A stretch of DNA of 64,000 bases, taken from contig JBEPYN010000001.1 of the NCBI GenBank assembly GCA_041641305.1, forward strand, positions 128,001-192,000, read 5' to 3'. This document shows positions 51,399 to 61,708 of the stretch, piece by piece; positions within the stretch are counted from its first letter, which is position 1, and each line of letters begins with the position of its first letter. Below the pieces are notes generated by a model. The model ran no database searches and was not told where the DNA came from. It saw only the letters and a program-made list of their open reading frames with translations. The stretch comes from Nitrososphaerota archaeon (GTDB lineage: Archaea > Thermoproteota > Nitrososphaeria_A > Caldarchaeales > Caldarchaeaceae). The translations under genes were made by a program, and so were the position numbers.

Positions 51399-52701
51399 AA
51401 GCGTTCTCGACGGCGAAAGCTACCCTTAGAAGCCTGAGGTCTTCTCCACATGGGCCCACGAGCTGCATCCCGACTGGGAGGCCATGAGCGGTGGTTCCCG
51501 CCGGTATGCTGATTGCGGGAGAACCGTAGAGGTTGAATGGCTCAGTATTCTTTAATGAAGCCTCGCGGACAGAAATGAGCTGTCCGTCGACTTCGATGTT
51601 TTCCTCGTCAACCCGGTGAGCAGGTATCAGGGTTGTCGGCGTAGCCAAAACATCTACTTTTGTGAAAATTTTTTCAAAGCCTCTTGTCAGCTTTTTCCTT
51701 GCTCTCAAAGCGTTCAGGTAGGCTGCGGCAGGTATTGCAAGACCTCTGACAATACGGTCCCGCACATCCTGTCCATACTCGTTGAGCCTTCCGCGTGATA
51801 GCCTGAGGTGGAAGGCAGCGGCCTCCGCAAACGCTATAACAGACCTGCATCGAGCTGCTTTCTCAACGTTCTCGACAACTATGTCCTCCAGAACAGCGCC
51901 TCTATGCTCTAAAGTTTTCAGACCCTTCTCAAACACCTCTGCGACATGTTTGTCCAAGGGCTCGAGAAAATAGTTAAGCGGCACACCTATTCTGAGGTCT
52001 TTGAGCGGTAGAGGCCTTATTCCGCCGGGTTTTACCGGCTTATTCACCAACACGGAGTATACGAGAATTGTTTCCCAGACGCTTCTCGCGAGGATGCCGA
52101 CGTGGTCCATGCTCCAGCTCAAAGGTATGACGCCTTCGTTGCTCAACCGCCCAGATGTTGGCTTGAAGCCCACAACCCCGCAGAAAGATGCAGGCACCCT
52201 GACAGAGCCCGCTGTGTCGGTCCCCAGCCCGATGTCACACATGCCGAGCGCAACGGCTACAGCAGAACCTCCGCTTGAGCCTCCCGATACGCGTGAGGTG
52301 TCATACGGGTTGAGACACGCGCCATAGAATGGGTTGATGTTGGAGACGCCGAATGCGAACTCGTGGAGGTTTGTTTTCCCGTTTACAGCACCGCCAGCCT
52401 CTAAGACCCTCGCCACAACGGCCGCTGTCCTGTTTGAGATATTGTTTGCCAACAGCTTTGAACCAGCGGTGGTGGGATAACCCTTAACATGAAAAACATC
52501 CTTCACACCGAAGCTGATGCCATGTAAAACCTTTCTCCGAAAACCCTTGTCGACGACGGGTTTAGGAAATACCGTTATGTAGGCCCTGTAGACATCATTC
52601 ATCTCCTCTATGATTTTGTATTGTTTCCTCCATCTCTCTTCTGGGTTGAAGTTTCCTGTGGAGAAGAGGTTCCGAAGCTGGTTAGAAGGGCTGCTCCTCA
52701 T
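51382..52701 (-). CDS. Amidase-signature enzyme (GatA/AtzE-like)
   Basis: KD, GKTNLHEFAFG, GGSSGGS, GTDTAGSVRVPASFCG; start placed at ATG 52701. Confidence 0.88.
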   Translation of the reverse strand: MRSSPSNQLRNLFSTGNFNPEERWRKQYKIIEEMNDVYRAYITVFPKPVVDKGFRRKVLHGISFGVKDVFHVKGYPTTAGSKLLANNISNRTAAVVARVLEAGGAVNGKTNLHEFAFGVSNINPFYGACLNPYDTSRVSGGSSGGSAVAVALGMCDIGLGTDTAGSVRVPASFCGVVGFKPTSGRLSNEGVIPLSWSMDHVGILARSVWETILVYSVLVNKPVKPGGIRPLPLKDLRIGVPLNYFLEPLDKHVAEVFEKGLKTLEHRGAVLEDIVVENVEKAARCRSVIAFAEAAAFHLRLSRGRLNEYGQDVRDRIVRGLAIPAAAYLNALRARKKLTRGFEKIFTKVDVLATPTTLIPAHRVDEENIEVDGQLISVREASLKNTEPFNLYGSPAISIPAGTTAHGLPVGMQLVGPCGEDLRLLRVAFAVENAFTASS

Positions 52702-52828
52702 CCTCAACCAGCTCCAACAACTCCGCAAGAATCTCGAGGTTTTTGTCATATGCCTGTGTAAAAAGCCGGTAAACCTCCTCGCCTGACAAACCCACGAGTC
52801 TGAGAATCCTGACCTCAGGATCAGGCAT
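52682..52828 (-). CDS. 48-aa acidic protein upstream of amidase, possible GatC/AtzG-like small subunit
   Basis: MPDPEVRILRLVGL...VEDEEQPF; overlaps amidase start. Confidence 0.5.
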   Translation of the reverse strand: MPDPEVRILRLVGLSGEEVYRLFTQAYDKNLEILAELLELVEDEEQPF

Positions 52829-52920
52829 CTTGGTATGTTGTCTACTGCATGCTATTATAGTTATGGAGGTGGCAAAGTCTAAATAGCGTCTATAGGGTTT
52901 GGCTTTGGGAGTTCTGAAGA

Positions 52921-53691
52921 TTGACGAGGACAAGAGTTCTCTTCGTGGTTGGAACGGCTGGCTCCGGCAAATCTTCGCTGACAGGAGTTTTTAGCGAGTG
53001 GCTGAGGGATCATGAACAGTCAACAGCCACAGTTAACCTCGACCCCGCAGCCCTATCTCTTCCCTACGACCCAGACGTCGATGTCCGCGAGTTTGTCGAC
53101 TACGAGAGGATAATGTCGACAAGAAACCTTGGGCCAAACGGTGCCTTAATCGCTTCGGTGAGAGAGGTTGCGAGAAACATCGACGAGATAGCGGCGTTGG
53201 CTGAGGAGACGAACGCGGACTGGCTTTTGGTTGACACGCCGGGGCAGCTTGAGCTTTTTGCTTTCAGGAAAGAGGGGCGCGTCATAGCACGGAGAATATC
53301 CGAGGGCAGAAAGCTTCTACTCTTTCTCCTCGACACAGTAATCTGCTCACATCCGAGAAACTATGCTGCAACACTCTTCCTCTCTGTCTCAACAATCCTC
53401 TCACTCGGATTACCCGCGTTGAATGTTTTATCCAAGACAGACGCTGTTCCACCGAGACACTTGGCGAGAATATTTGGATGGCATGAGTCGCAGGAATCTT
53501 ACGCGGTAAGCGCCGGAGGCTCAATGAACGAGCTTCAGCTGAGTCTCTCGAGGGAGATAGTTCAGACTGTTTGGGAGATATCCAACAGCATACCGCTGGT
53601 GGCTGTCTCCGCCAAAACCTATGAAGGCTTCACAGAACTCTACGCAAATCTTACGAGAATTTATGACGAGGGGGAGATGGAGCTGAGATGA
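52921..53691 (+). CDS. GPN-loop GTPase
   Basis: GTAGSGKS, NLDP, LGPNG, DTPGQ.E, SKTD. Confidence 0.92.
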   Translation: MTRTRVLFVVGTAGSGKSSLTGVFSEWLRDHEQSTATVNLDPAALSLPYDPDVDVREFVDYERIMSTRNLGPNGALIASVREVARNIDEIAALAEETNADWLLVDTPGQLELFAFRKEGRVIARRISEGRKLLLFLLDTVICSHPRNYAATLFLSVSTILSLGLPALNVLSKTDAVPPRHLARIFGWHESQESYAVSAGGSMNELQLSLSREIVQTVWEISNSIPLVAVSAKTYEGFTELYANLTRIYDEGEMELR

Positions 53692-54587
53692 CGGAGGAGA
53701 ACGTAGCAGCGATAGAGGAGGAAATTTTCCAGATAAGGGCCAAGCTAGCTGAACTGAGGAAAAAGAAGCTCGAGCACGAGGAGGAGGCTCAGAAATACTA
53801 CGAGAAACGGGAGAGCCTCCACGCCCGGATTAAGGAGATTAAGGAAAAGAACGCAGCAACGCTCGAACGTGTTACACAGCTCAGGAACGAGCTTGCCGAA
53901 CTGCGCGCCCGCCTCGACGAGATAACCGCCAAGATAAAAGAGAAACGTAGCCAGAAAGAGGCAATTCTCTCTCAGCAGGTCTCCGAAAACGCGAAAGGAT
54001 ACACGGGTCAAGAGATTTTTAGAAGAATCCGTGAACTGGAGCAGAGGATTGAGACGGATATCCTCAGGCCAGAGGAGGAGAAGAGAATCTATGACGAGCT
54101 TCGCCAGCTAAACAAGCTGTTGGCGGAGGTTCAAAAACGTGAGGGGGTTGCTGAGAAGCTTAGAGAACTTAACAACTCGGCGGCCCCGCTTTATGAGGAG
54201 GCCCGAACCCTGCGTGAACAAATAAAGAAGAAAAAGGAAGAGATTCAGGCTGCCCGTGAAACAATTCAGTCTGTCAAAGACCTTATCATGCAGCTGAAGC
54301 CCGAGGCGGATGAGTATCACAACGCCTATCTCGAAGCCAAGAAAAAGGCTCAGATGTGTGAGGCAGAGGAGATACTTTTGACGTCGAGGCTGGTTGAGCT
54401 TCAGGAGTTTGTGAAAAAGAGGCGTGAGTTCGAGCTTAAGGCACGTGAGTACATGATGAAGGAGAAGATAAAGTCGAAGGCGATGGAGAAGCTGTCGAAG
54501 GGGGAGAAGCTGAGCTTCGAGGAAATGAAGCTGCTTTTCGAGGACGATGCTGCGTGGATGTCGGCTACGAAGCAGTCGAAGTCTTGA
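53688..54587 (+). CDS. Archaeal coiled-coil protein (COG1340-like)
   Basis: Heptad body, ELEQRIET...EEKR, GEKLSFEE end. Confidence 0.75.
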   Translation: MTEENVAAIEEEIFQIRAKLAELRKKKLEHEEEAQKYYEKRESLHARIKEIKEKNAATLERVTQLRNELAELRARLDEITAKIKEKRSQKEAILSQQVSENAKGYTGQEIFRRIRELEQRIETDILRPEEEKRIYDELRQLNKLLAEVQKREGVAEKLRELNNSAAPLYEEARTLREQIKKKKEEIQAARETIQSVKDLIMQLKPEADEYHNAYLEAKKKAQMCEAEEILLTSRLVELQEFVKKRREFELKAREYMMKEKIKSKAMEKLSKGEKLSFEEMKLLFEDDAAWMSATKQSKS

Positions 54588-54590
54588 CTC

Positions 54591-56777
54591 CTACTCCTCT
54601 ACGAACTGCTCTATAGTAGGTATTTCAGGCGGTAGGCCTTTTCTTTTCCTGATTTCCTGTATGACCTTGTCCCTCAGAGACGCTGGCACCGGTTTCCATT
54701 CGCTGAACTCCGTCGCCCAGAAGGCTTTGCCCATGGTAGCGCTTCTCATGGCTTCGCTGAGGTCGAAGGTCTCGGAGGCGGGGATTTCGCCCACTACAAC
54801 AGTGACATATTCGGCTTGCTTGACATCGAGGACTCTTCCACGTTTGCTGGTGATTGTCGAGGTGACGGCGCCCATGAATTCCTGCGAGACTTTTGCCTCG
54901 ATTTTGAGAACGGGTTCGAGCAGCACCGGTGTGGCTGAGAGGACGCTGGCGTAGAGGCTTCTCCACGTGGCGGGAGCTATCTGGGCGTAGCCTCGGTGGA
55001 CAGGGTCTTCGTGCAGCTCAACCTGCGTAAGAACAGCCTTGACTCCGCGCATGTTCTCCGCCGCGAGAGGCCCCTCCTGCATAACCCGCTGGAAACCGCC
55101 CAATATCATCATTTTCGACTCCTGTAGATACTGTGCCCCCTTGGTCGCATCCACCAGAATGTTCCCGCGTCCGTCTATTGTCCAGACATTCCGCGCCTCG
55201 TCAGCATCCCATCCATGGTCTCGGAGTATTTTCGCGACCTCTTTCCTATCCATTTCGTCGAAGAGTTCTCCCTTACGTATCAGCTCGATTACCTCAGGCT
55301 CCAGAGGCTCCACACGTGTGTAGATGCGGTTGTGTCTGTTAGGCGACTTGCCCTCGAACTCTCTTCCCTTTGACTGGATAGATTCTCTGTAGAGTATGAT
55401 GGGTCTGCCGGCGACAACCTCGAGACCAGCTTTCTGTATCCATGTGAGAGCTATTTCGAGGTGGAGGGTGCCCATTCCGCTGATGAGATACTCGCCAGTC
55501 TCAGGTCGGACAACCGTAACCAGCGTAGGGTCCTCGATGGTTAGCTTGTTGAGAAACTCTACGAGCTTGGGCAGGTCTCTGCTGTACTTCGGCTCTACTG
55601 CTATTGTTACAACGGGCTCGGATACGTATTTGAGTGATTCGAAGGGAACTGTCTCAACTGTTCCGATGGTGTCTCCTGCTCTTACGTCGGAGAGACCGAG
55701 GACCGCGGGTATGTTTCCAGCCGGTATGCTGCCCACGATTTCTCGGGAGGGTCCCATGTAGACACCCACCTGCTGCACACGGCCCGATATGTTGCGGCCG
55801 ACTATGATGACGTTATCACCTTCGGTAATGGTGCCGCTGAAGAGACGGCCCGTGGCCACTACGCCCGCCTGTGGGTCAACACGCACGTCTGTCACAGCCA
55901 TGATTGTTGGACCGTTTTCGTCGCACTCCAGCATAGCCTGTCCGACTTCGCTCTCGAGGTCTCCTTTCCAGATTTTCGAAATACGGTATTTCTGCGCCAT
56001 GTGTGGTGGTGGATGTTTGGAGATAACCATTTCGAGAAGAGCCTCGTGGAGCGGCGTCTTCTGCCTCAGCCACTCGACATCCTCTCTGCTGAAAGCGTCT
56101 ATCACGTCGCTGAACTTGATGCCTTTTTCCTGAGCCTGCTTGACGGTGAAACCCCATCTATCCTTAGAGCTACCTATCGCCACCGTGTTTTCTGCGAAGC
56201 TTATCTTCCACTTCTCACGCTGCTCCGGCTCACCATACATATCTATCAAGGTGTTGACTTCGCGGACTATGCGTGCAAGCGTCTCCTGAATCTTCTCAGG
56301 TGTAAGCTTGAGCTCTTTTACAAGCCTGTCTATCTTGTTGATGTAGAGAACGGGCCTAACTCTTTCGCTGAGGGCCTGTCTAATGACCGTCTCGGTCTGC
56401 GTCATAACTCCCTCCACCGCGTCGACGACAACTATTGCGCCGTCTATGGCTCTCAATGCTCTGGTAACCCTTCCGGAGAAGTCGACGTGGCCCGGTGTGT
56501 CTATGAGGTTGATGATGTAGGGTTTTCCGTCCATCTCATAGTAGAGGGAGACGTTAGCCGCCTTGATTGTCATCTGCCTCTGCTGCTCCTCCTCAAGATA
56601 GTCGAGCGCAAGAGCCCTGCCCGCCAGCGACGGCGAAAGAAGACCAGCCGCAGCGAGAAGCGAGTCCGAGGTGGTTGTTTTGCCGTGGTCGACATGCGCT
56701 ATGATGCCGATATTCCTAATGCTCTCCTTGTTCTTCAGAATATCTACGACTTCGGATATTCGCTTAACTCTTGGCAT
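54591..56777 (-). CDS. fusA: Elongation factor 2
   Basis: AHVDHGKTT, DTPGH, NKID, GMGTLHLE, HEDPVHRG diphthamide loop. Confidence 0.97.
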   Translation of the reverse strand: MPRVKRISEVVDILKNKESIRNIGIIAHVDHGKTTTSDSLLAAAGLLSPSLAGRALALDYLEEEQQRQMTIKAANVSLYYEMDGKPYIINLIDTPGHVDFSGRVTRALRAIDGAIVVVDAVEGVMTQTETVIRQALSERVRPVLYINKIDRLVKELKLTPEKIQETLARIVREVNTLIDMYGEPEQREKWKISFAENTVAIGSSKDRWGFTVKQAQEKGIKFSDVIDAFSREDVEWLRQKTPLHEALLEMVISKHPPPHMAQKYRISKIWKGDLESEVGQAMLECDENGPTIMAVTDVRVDPQAGVVATGRLFSGTITEGDNVIIVGRNISGRVQQVGVYMGPSREIVGSIPAGNIPAVLGLSDVRAGDTIGTVETVPFESLKYVSEPVVTIAVEPKYSRDLPKLVEFLNKLTIEDPTLVTVVRPETGEYLISGMGTLHLEIALTWIQKAGLEVVAGRPIILYRESIQSKGREFEGKSPNRHNRIYTRVEPLEPEVIELIRKGELFDEMDRKEVAKILRDHGWDADEARNVWTIDGRGNILVDATKGAQYLQESKMMILGGFQRVMQEGPLAAENMRGVKAVLTQVELHEDPVHRGYAQIAPATWRSLYASVLSATPVLLEPVLKIEAKVSQEFMGAVTSTITSKRGRVLDVKQAEYVTVVVGEIPASETFDLSEAMRSATMGKAFWATEFSEWKPVPASLRDKVIQEIRKRKGLPPEIPTIEQFVEE

Positions 56778-56832
56778 GACCTATCCGATGGAGAATAAAA
56801 GCTCCGTGTTTTAAAGATATGTGAGAAAAAAT

Positions 56833-57288
56833 CTATTTCTTCTTTTTCTTGCCGCCTTCCAGCTCCCTTTTCAAGCCTTCGACAATCTCTTTTACCTTGG
56901 ATTTTGTGGTGGATTCCATTAGCCTGCTGCCTACGCTCGCGACCAGCCCGCCCACCGCCACGTCAGCGTCCCATGCAACCTCCGTTCCTCCATCGACAGT
57001 GTTGAGGTTAAGGTTGAGGGTGAGGTCAGCTGTGCTCTGCATACCCGACCCATGTCCAGAGATTTTCACGAACTCTGGCTCACGAATCTCCTCAAACCTG
57101 AATGACATGTTTAGGTTTCCCTTGATCATGCCCAAGCCGATTTTGAAAACCACTTTGAAGTTTTTGTCATCAATTTTCTCATAGCTCTGGAGGTCGGGGA
57201 TGAGTTTGACGAAGCTGTCAGGGTCTGTGACGAATTTGAAGACTTTCCCTCTATCCGCTGAGACAACGAACTTGTCGCTTAGCTTCAT
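56833..57288 (-). CDS. coxG: CoxG-like SRPBCC protein
   Basis: DP..F...IP, GGLVASVGSRL; follows coxMS. Confidence 0.85.
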   Translation of the reverse strand: MKLSDKFVVSADRGKVFKFVTDPDSFVKLIPDLQSYEKIDDKNFKVVFKIGLGMIKGNLNMSFRFEEIREPEFVKISGHGSGMQSTADLTLNLNLNTVDGGTEVAWDADVAVGGLVASVGSRLMESTTKSKVKEIVEGLKRELEGGKKKKK

Positions 57289-57291
57289 TTC

Positions 57292-57831
57292 TTATACCTC
57301 TATGACTGGTTTTCCAGAGGCTCTTATCTCCTCAGCCGCCGCTAGAATGGACTTGACTATGTTCACGTAACCTGTGCATCTGCAGAGGTTGCCCGAAATC
57401 CCGTGACGGACCTCCTCTTCAGTCGGGTTCGGGTTAATCATCAGGAAACCTGCGGCAGCCATAATCATCCCAGGAGTACAGTAGCCGCACTGAAGGCCAT
57501 GGTTCTCCCAGAAGGCTTTCTGAAGCGGATGAAGCTGATCACCCTTAGCCAGGCCCTCTATGGTTATTATTCTCTTGCCGTTGGCTTGGATTGCGAAATG
57601 TGTGCAGGACTTGATGGCTTTCCATTTTCCATCAACCTCCATCAGAACTGTGCATGCTCCACAGTTTGTTGTGTCGCATCCAATGTGAGTGCCTGTGAGC
57701 CCTGCATATTCTCTAATGAAGTGTACAAGCAGGAGTCTCGGCTCGACTTCGTAGGAGTATTTTGTGCCGTTGATCTCTATGACGACCTGTTTCTTAGAAG
57801 GCTCAACTACCTTGGGTTTCTTAGCAGCCAT
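57292..57831 (-). CDS. coxS: Molybdenum hydroxylase [2Fe-2S] small subunit
   Basis: [27 protein letters not shown]. Confidence 0.92.
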   Translation of the reverse strand: MAAKKPKVVEPSKKQVVIEINGTKYSYEVEPRLLLVHFIREYAGLTGTHIGCDTTNCGACTVLMEVDGKWKAIKSCTHFAIQANGKRIITIEGLAKGDQLHPLQKAFWENHGLQCGYCTPGMIMAAAGFLMINPNPTEEEVRHGISGNLCRCTGYVNIVKSILAAAEEIRASGKPVIEV

Positions 57832-57841
57832 ACTTCATCAC

Positions 57842-58717
57842 CTACAGTGCTACACCTGCTCTTTCAAGGGCCCTATATAAGGACCGTCTCGTAAACACCC
57901 TCGCCATTTCACGCTTGTATTCAGCTGAGCCGCGGAGGTCTGAGGATGGGTCAGCCATCGCCGCCGCCGCTTTCGCAGCCTGCTCAATCAAGTCTTTGCT
58001 TGGTTTCTGACCAATCAGCAGCTCCTCGGCATCAGTTGCTCTGAACGGGAACGGGTTAACAGCCGTAAGTGCAATCGCCGCCTTCTGTATTACGTTATCT
58101 CTGTTAAGTGTGAGAAGCGAGGCGACGCCTACTATGGCGTAGTCTCCTGCTTTTCTCTCAAACTTGAGGTAGGCCTGTCCAATTTTCTCTCCTCTAGGCA
58201 CCGGGAGAACCGCTTCAACAAGCAGCTCCGTAGGCTTGAGAGCCGTCTCAAAGGGTCCCTTGAAGAACTTCGTAGCCTTAATCACACGCTTTGCGGTGCC
58301 TTGTGCGACGAGGTCAGCGTCCAACGCGAGAACCGACGCGGGCCAGTCTGCGGCTGGGTCTGCATGAGCCAGGGCGCCGAGGAATGTCCCGAGGTTACGG
58401 ACCTGCATGTCTGCGATATGTGGCGCGGCGTCAGCCATCATGGGAAACTTCTCCTTGATTATCGGTGAGTGCTCTATGTCTGCGTGTCTAACAAGGGCCC
58501 CTATGCGAACAGTTTTTCCCCCGTCCTTGATGTAGTTGAGCCCCTTAATGTTGTTGATATCAATTATGACCTGAGGTGAAAGAACCCTGAGCTTCATCAT
58601 AGGTATTAGGCTCATCCCCCCGCTAAGAATCTTCGCGTTGTCTTTGTATTTTCGGAGAAGCGAAACAGCCTCGGAGACGGTGGTCGGGGCGAAATACTCA
58701 AACATTCGAGGAATCAT
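57842..58717 (-). CDS. coxM: Molybdenum hydroxylase FAD medium subunit
   Basis: GGMSLIPMMKLR, QVRNLGT, HADPAAD, DLRGSAEYK. Confidence 0.92.
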   Translation of the reverse strand: MIPRMFEYFAPTTVSEAVSLLRKYKDNAKILSGGMSLIPMMKLRVLSPQVIIDINNIKGLNYIKDGGKTVRIGALVRHADIEHSPIIKEKFPMMADAAPHIADMQVRNLGTFLGALAHADPAADWPASVLALDADLVAQGTAKRVIKATKFFKGPFETALKPTELLVEAVLPVPRGEKIGQAYLKFERKAGDYAIVGVASLLTLNRDNVIQKAAIALTAVNPFPFRATDAEELLIGQKPSKDLIEQAAKAAAAMADPSSDLRGSAEYKREMARVFTRRSLYRALERAGVAL

Positions 58718-58792
58718 CGTTTTGGGATATTGTCAACTGCCTTAAAAATTTTTACAAACTTAATTGAAGAAACCATAATTTAATTAAATGCT

Positions 58793-59680
58793 GTGAAAAA
58801 GAAACCGATGGTGTTGCTGGAAAACCTAACCCCAGAAATATTGGTCAAAGAGATGGAGAAGGAGCTCTATGTCGCTGACGAACCGCTGGCCCTAGCTGTC
58901 TACCTGGCCCTAAAGCTCGAGAAACCGCTTCTGATAGAGGGTGAGCCTGGATGCGGGAAAACAGAGGTCGCCAAGGTGTTGGCGCGTCTACTAAACACCG
59001 AGCTGATTAGGCTGCAGTGCTACGAAGGAATTACTGCTTCACAGGCTCTATATGAATGGGATTACCCGCGTCAACTCATCAACATCAGATTGCTCGAGGA
59101 CAAGAAATCGGCGGATGAAATCACGGAAGAGATTTTCAGCGAGAAGTTTCTTTTGAAAAGGCCTTTGCTCGCCGCTCTTCTATATGACGGGCCTAACCCG
59201 CCTGTGTTGTTGATTGATGAGATCGATAGGAGCGATGAGGAGTTTGAAGGTTTTCTTCTCGAGTTTCTTGCAGAGTTTCAGGTTACCATACCCGAGCTTG
59301 GCACCATCAAAGCCAAGAAGAAGCCCGTCGTCATAATCACCTCTAACAGGACGCGTGAAGTCGGTGACGGCCTCCGCCGCCGCTGCCTCTACCTCTATGT
59401 GACGTATCCATCGCCTGACAAGGAGATGAAGATTCTCTCACTGAAGGTTCCGCAGCTCTCGCCTAAGCTGGCCTCGGAGGTGGTAAATTTTGTTCAGCGG
59501 TTGCGTCAGGTTGGGGAACTTACAAAGAAGCCGGGCATATCAGAGACTCTTGACTGGGCGAATGCCTTAACAGTCTTGGGTGCCACTGAGATAAACCCTT
59601 CAATTCTCTCGTCGACGCTAACCTGCTTAATCAAGAACGAGGATGATCTCCGAATAGTGCGCGACCTCGGACTTGTTTAA
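58793..59680 (+). CDS. coxD: MoxR-type AAA+ ATPase
   Basis: EGEPGCGKT, RLQCYEG, YEWDY, IDEID, TSN, LRRRC. Confidence 0.88.
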   Translation: MKKKPMVLLENLTPEILVKEMEKELYVADEPLALAVYLALKLEKPLLIEGEPGCGKTEVAKVLARLLNTELIRLQCYEGITASQALYEWDYPRQLINIRLLEDKKSADEITEEIFSEKFLLKRPLLAALLYDGPNPPVLLIDEIDRSDEEFEGFLLEFLAEFQVTIPELGTIKAKKKPVVIITSNRTREVGDGLRRRCLYLYVTYPSPDKEMKILSLKVPQLSPKLASEVVNFVQRLRQVGELTKKPGISETLDWANALTVLGATEINPSILSSTLTCLIKNEDDLRIVRDLGLV

Positions 59681-59683
59681 ACC

Positions 59684-60832
59684 ATGTCTCAGCATTCCTA
59701 CCTGTTTCTTGTTACTGAAGTGGCTCGGCGACTACGGCAGGAGGGTGTAAAGTGTGGCACAGCCGAGACCATCGACGCATATAGGGCGGGCGAATTTGTT
59801 CAGATGCGGACCGTCGATGACTTGAAGAATGTCCTGCGGCTCTGCATGGTGAAACGGCTTGAAGATTATGAAATTTTTGAAAAAATTTTCGAAGAACTCG
59901 AGAGACAGAAAAAGCCCATAGAGCAGCCGAAAAACGAGACCGATGGAGAGAAGTCGCAGGCAGTCAAAACCGTTGAACGCGGCGAAAAATCAGCCGACAA
60001 ACGCAGGGAGATGACAGTATACTACAGTCCAGTGGAGGTTTTGATGAAGAGAGAATTGCCCACACCGACGCTCGCGTTCATGCGTGAGAGCAAGCGTGTC
60101 ATGAAGAGGCTTAGGAGGAGGCTGGCGCTTTTACCCGGCCGCCGATACACCAGAAGCGCTAAGGGTTATGTGGATTTTAGGGAAACCATCCGCACAAGCC
60201 TGAGAACACATGGAGAAATTCTCCGCCTCCTCCGCATGAAGAGGAAGGTGACGCGATGTAAGCTGGTCGCAATTTTTGATGTCAGCGGCTCGATGGATAC
60301 TTACACAGAGTTTTTGATGCAGTCGATGTATGCGTTGGCGAGGCAAAGTGTAGCTGTAGAGGTTTTCGTCTTCAGCACCCGTCTCCTCAAGGTTAGCTCT
60401 CTTCTAAAATACTTCGGGCCGAAAAAGGCTGCAGAGCTTATCTCGAGAGAGGTCAACATCTGGGGAAGTGGCACGAGAATCGGGAACTGTCTTGCATCGT
60501 TTATTGAAAAACATCGCGGCATCGTCGGCAAGGGAACAGTTGTCATGATTGTGAGCGACGGCTGGGACACAGGCGACCCCGAGGTCCTTGACCGTGCTAT
60601 GAGGAGTTTGAAAGAGCTCGTGGGGAGGGTTATCTGGGTTAACCCTCACGCGGATAAACCCGGCTTTAAGCCACGGACTATTGGCATGGAAACCGCCATG
60701 CCCTACATCGATGTACTCGCAGGCATGAACGCGTTAAAGAGCTTAAGAGGTTTCAAAACCTATTTTGGAGCAGGCGTCCAACCTATGAGTAGAAGACCTA
60801 TCAGCAGACGGGCCCGACCCGTTCTCCCGTAG
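59684..60832 (+). CDS. coxE: VWA-domain protein
   Basis: DVSGSM MIDAS, FSTRL, GTRIG, SDGWD, WVNP. Confidence 0.88.
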   Translation: MSQHSYLFLVTEVARRLRQEGVKCGTAETIDAYRAGEFVQMRTVDDLKNVLRLCMVKRLEDYEIFEKIFEELERQKKPIEQPKNETDGEKSQAVKTVERGEKSADKRREMTVYYSPVEVLMKRELPTPTLAFMRESKRVMKRLRRRLALLPGRRYTRSAKGYVDFRETIRTSLRTHGEILRLLRMKRKVTRCKLVAIFDVSGSMDTYTEFLMQSMYALARQSVAVEVFVFSTRLLKVSSLLKYFGPKKAAELISREVNIWGSGTRIGNCLASFIEKHRGIVGKGTVVMIVSDGWDTGDPEVLDRAMRSLKELVGRVIWVNPHADKPGFKPRTIGMETAMPYIDVLAGMNALKSLRGFKTYFGAGVQPMSRRPISRRARPVLP

Positions 60833-61652
60833 CCTCCGAAATTATTTCCTTTAACTCGGTCTCGACAGACTTTACCTCGGCCAATCGTTTACCTGAGCCT
60901 CCCCTCTCACTGCTTATTATCTCAGCGAATATGCTGAGAGCTATCTCCTCCGGCTTCTCAGCCCCTATATCCATCCCGGCTGGCGAGGAAATGCGTCGAA
61001 TGGCTTCCTCCGGTACGCCGAGGCGGGCGAGTGTCTCAAAAACTATCCCCGCCCTCTTTTTGCTGGCTACCAACCCAATATACCGTGCACCACCGTCCAA
61101 CGCTATCTTGAGATACTTGTGGTCAAGCTTATGCATCGTTGAAACCACTACGGCTGTATTGCCGTCAATCGTCACACCTTTTAGATCTGGGTCAGTAATA
61201 TATTGGTCAACTATGGAAGGGTCTTTGAACATGCCCTCGGGGTCTGCTACGACAACTTTGTAGTCAAGCATCTTGCCTATTTTGGCGAGGCTTTCAACTA
61301 TCCCACCGTGTCCAACCAGTAGCAGCTGTTTTTTTGGGAGAACCGGCTCGAGGTAGACCTCCATCGAGCCCCCGCATGGAACACCTGTCCCCTTCAGCTC
61401 ATCCTCCATCTCGAGAAAGATTGTTCTGCTCCTGCCCTCCTTGATGGTTTTCAGGGCCTCATGCATAACGGTTGTCTCGACGCATCCTCCTCCAACCCAT
61501 CCAAACAATCCTTTACCATCCTCGAGAATGATGGCCTTGGAACCCACTTTACCCGAGGTGTGTCCGATAGTTTTCACCACCGTGGCTATGCAGAATTTTT
61601 TGTTCTCTGCTATGAGTTCCGCGACCTTTGAGTAGAAGGTTAAATTGTCCAA
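60801..61652 (-). CDS. XdhC/CoxF-family Mo-cofactor insertion protein
   Basis: GWVGGGCVE, CGG, YIGLVAS, PAGMDIGAEKPEEIALS. Confidence 0.9.
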   Translation of the reverse strand: MDNLTFYSKVAELIAENKKFCIATVVKTIGHTSGKVGSKAIILEDGKGLFGWVGGGCVETTVMHEALKTIKEGRSRTIFLEMEDELKGTGVPCGGSMEVYLEPVLPKKQLLLVGHGGIVESLAKIGKMLDYKVVVADPEGMFKDPSIVDQYITDPDLKGVTIDGNTAVVVSTMHKLDHKYLKIALDGGARYIGLVASKKRAGIVFETLARLGVPEEAIRRISSPAGMDIGAEKPEEIALSIFAEIISSERGGSGKRLAEVKSVETELKEIISEATGERVGPVC

Positions 61653-61708
61653 CCCGTGATGAGAGGGGATTTACCTAAATATAAGCCAATCGCATAAACC
61701 CTAGGCAT

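Noticed and set aside
51382-52701. Amidase as GatA of tRNA amidotransferase
   Set aside because: HEFAFG motif rather than DEFAMG, and no gatB nearby; symbol withheld
55000-55020. Diphthamide-less EF-2 paralog
   Set aside because: HRG motif intact (HEDPVHRGYAQ), so canonical EF-2
56001-56798. 265-aa antisense ORF and the many similar shadow ORFs in the track
   Set aside because: Lie opposite or within well-supported genes
61656-61705. GTGATGA box-C-like word
   Set aside because: No convincing D boxes; better explained as a divergent promoter
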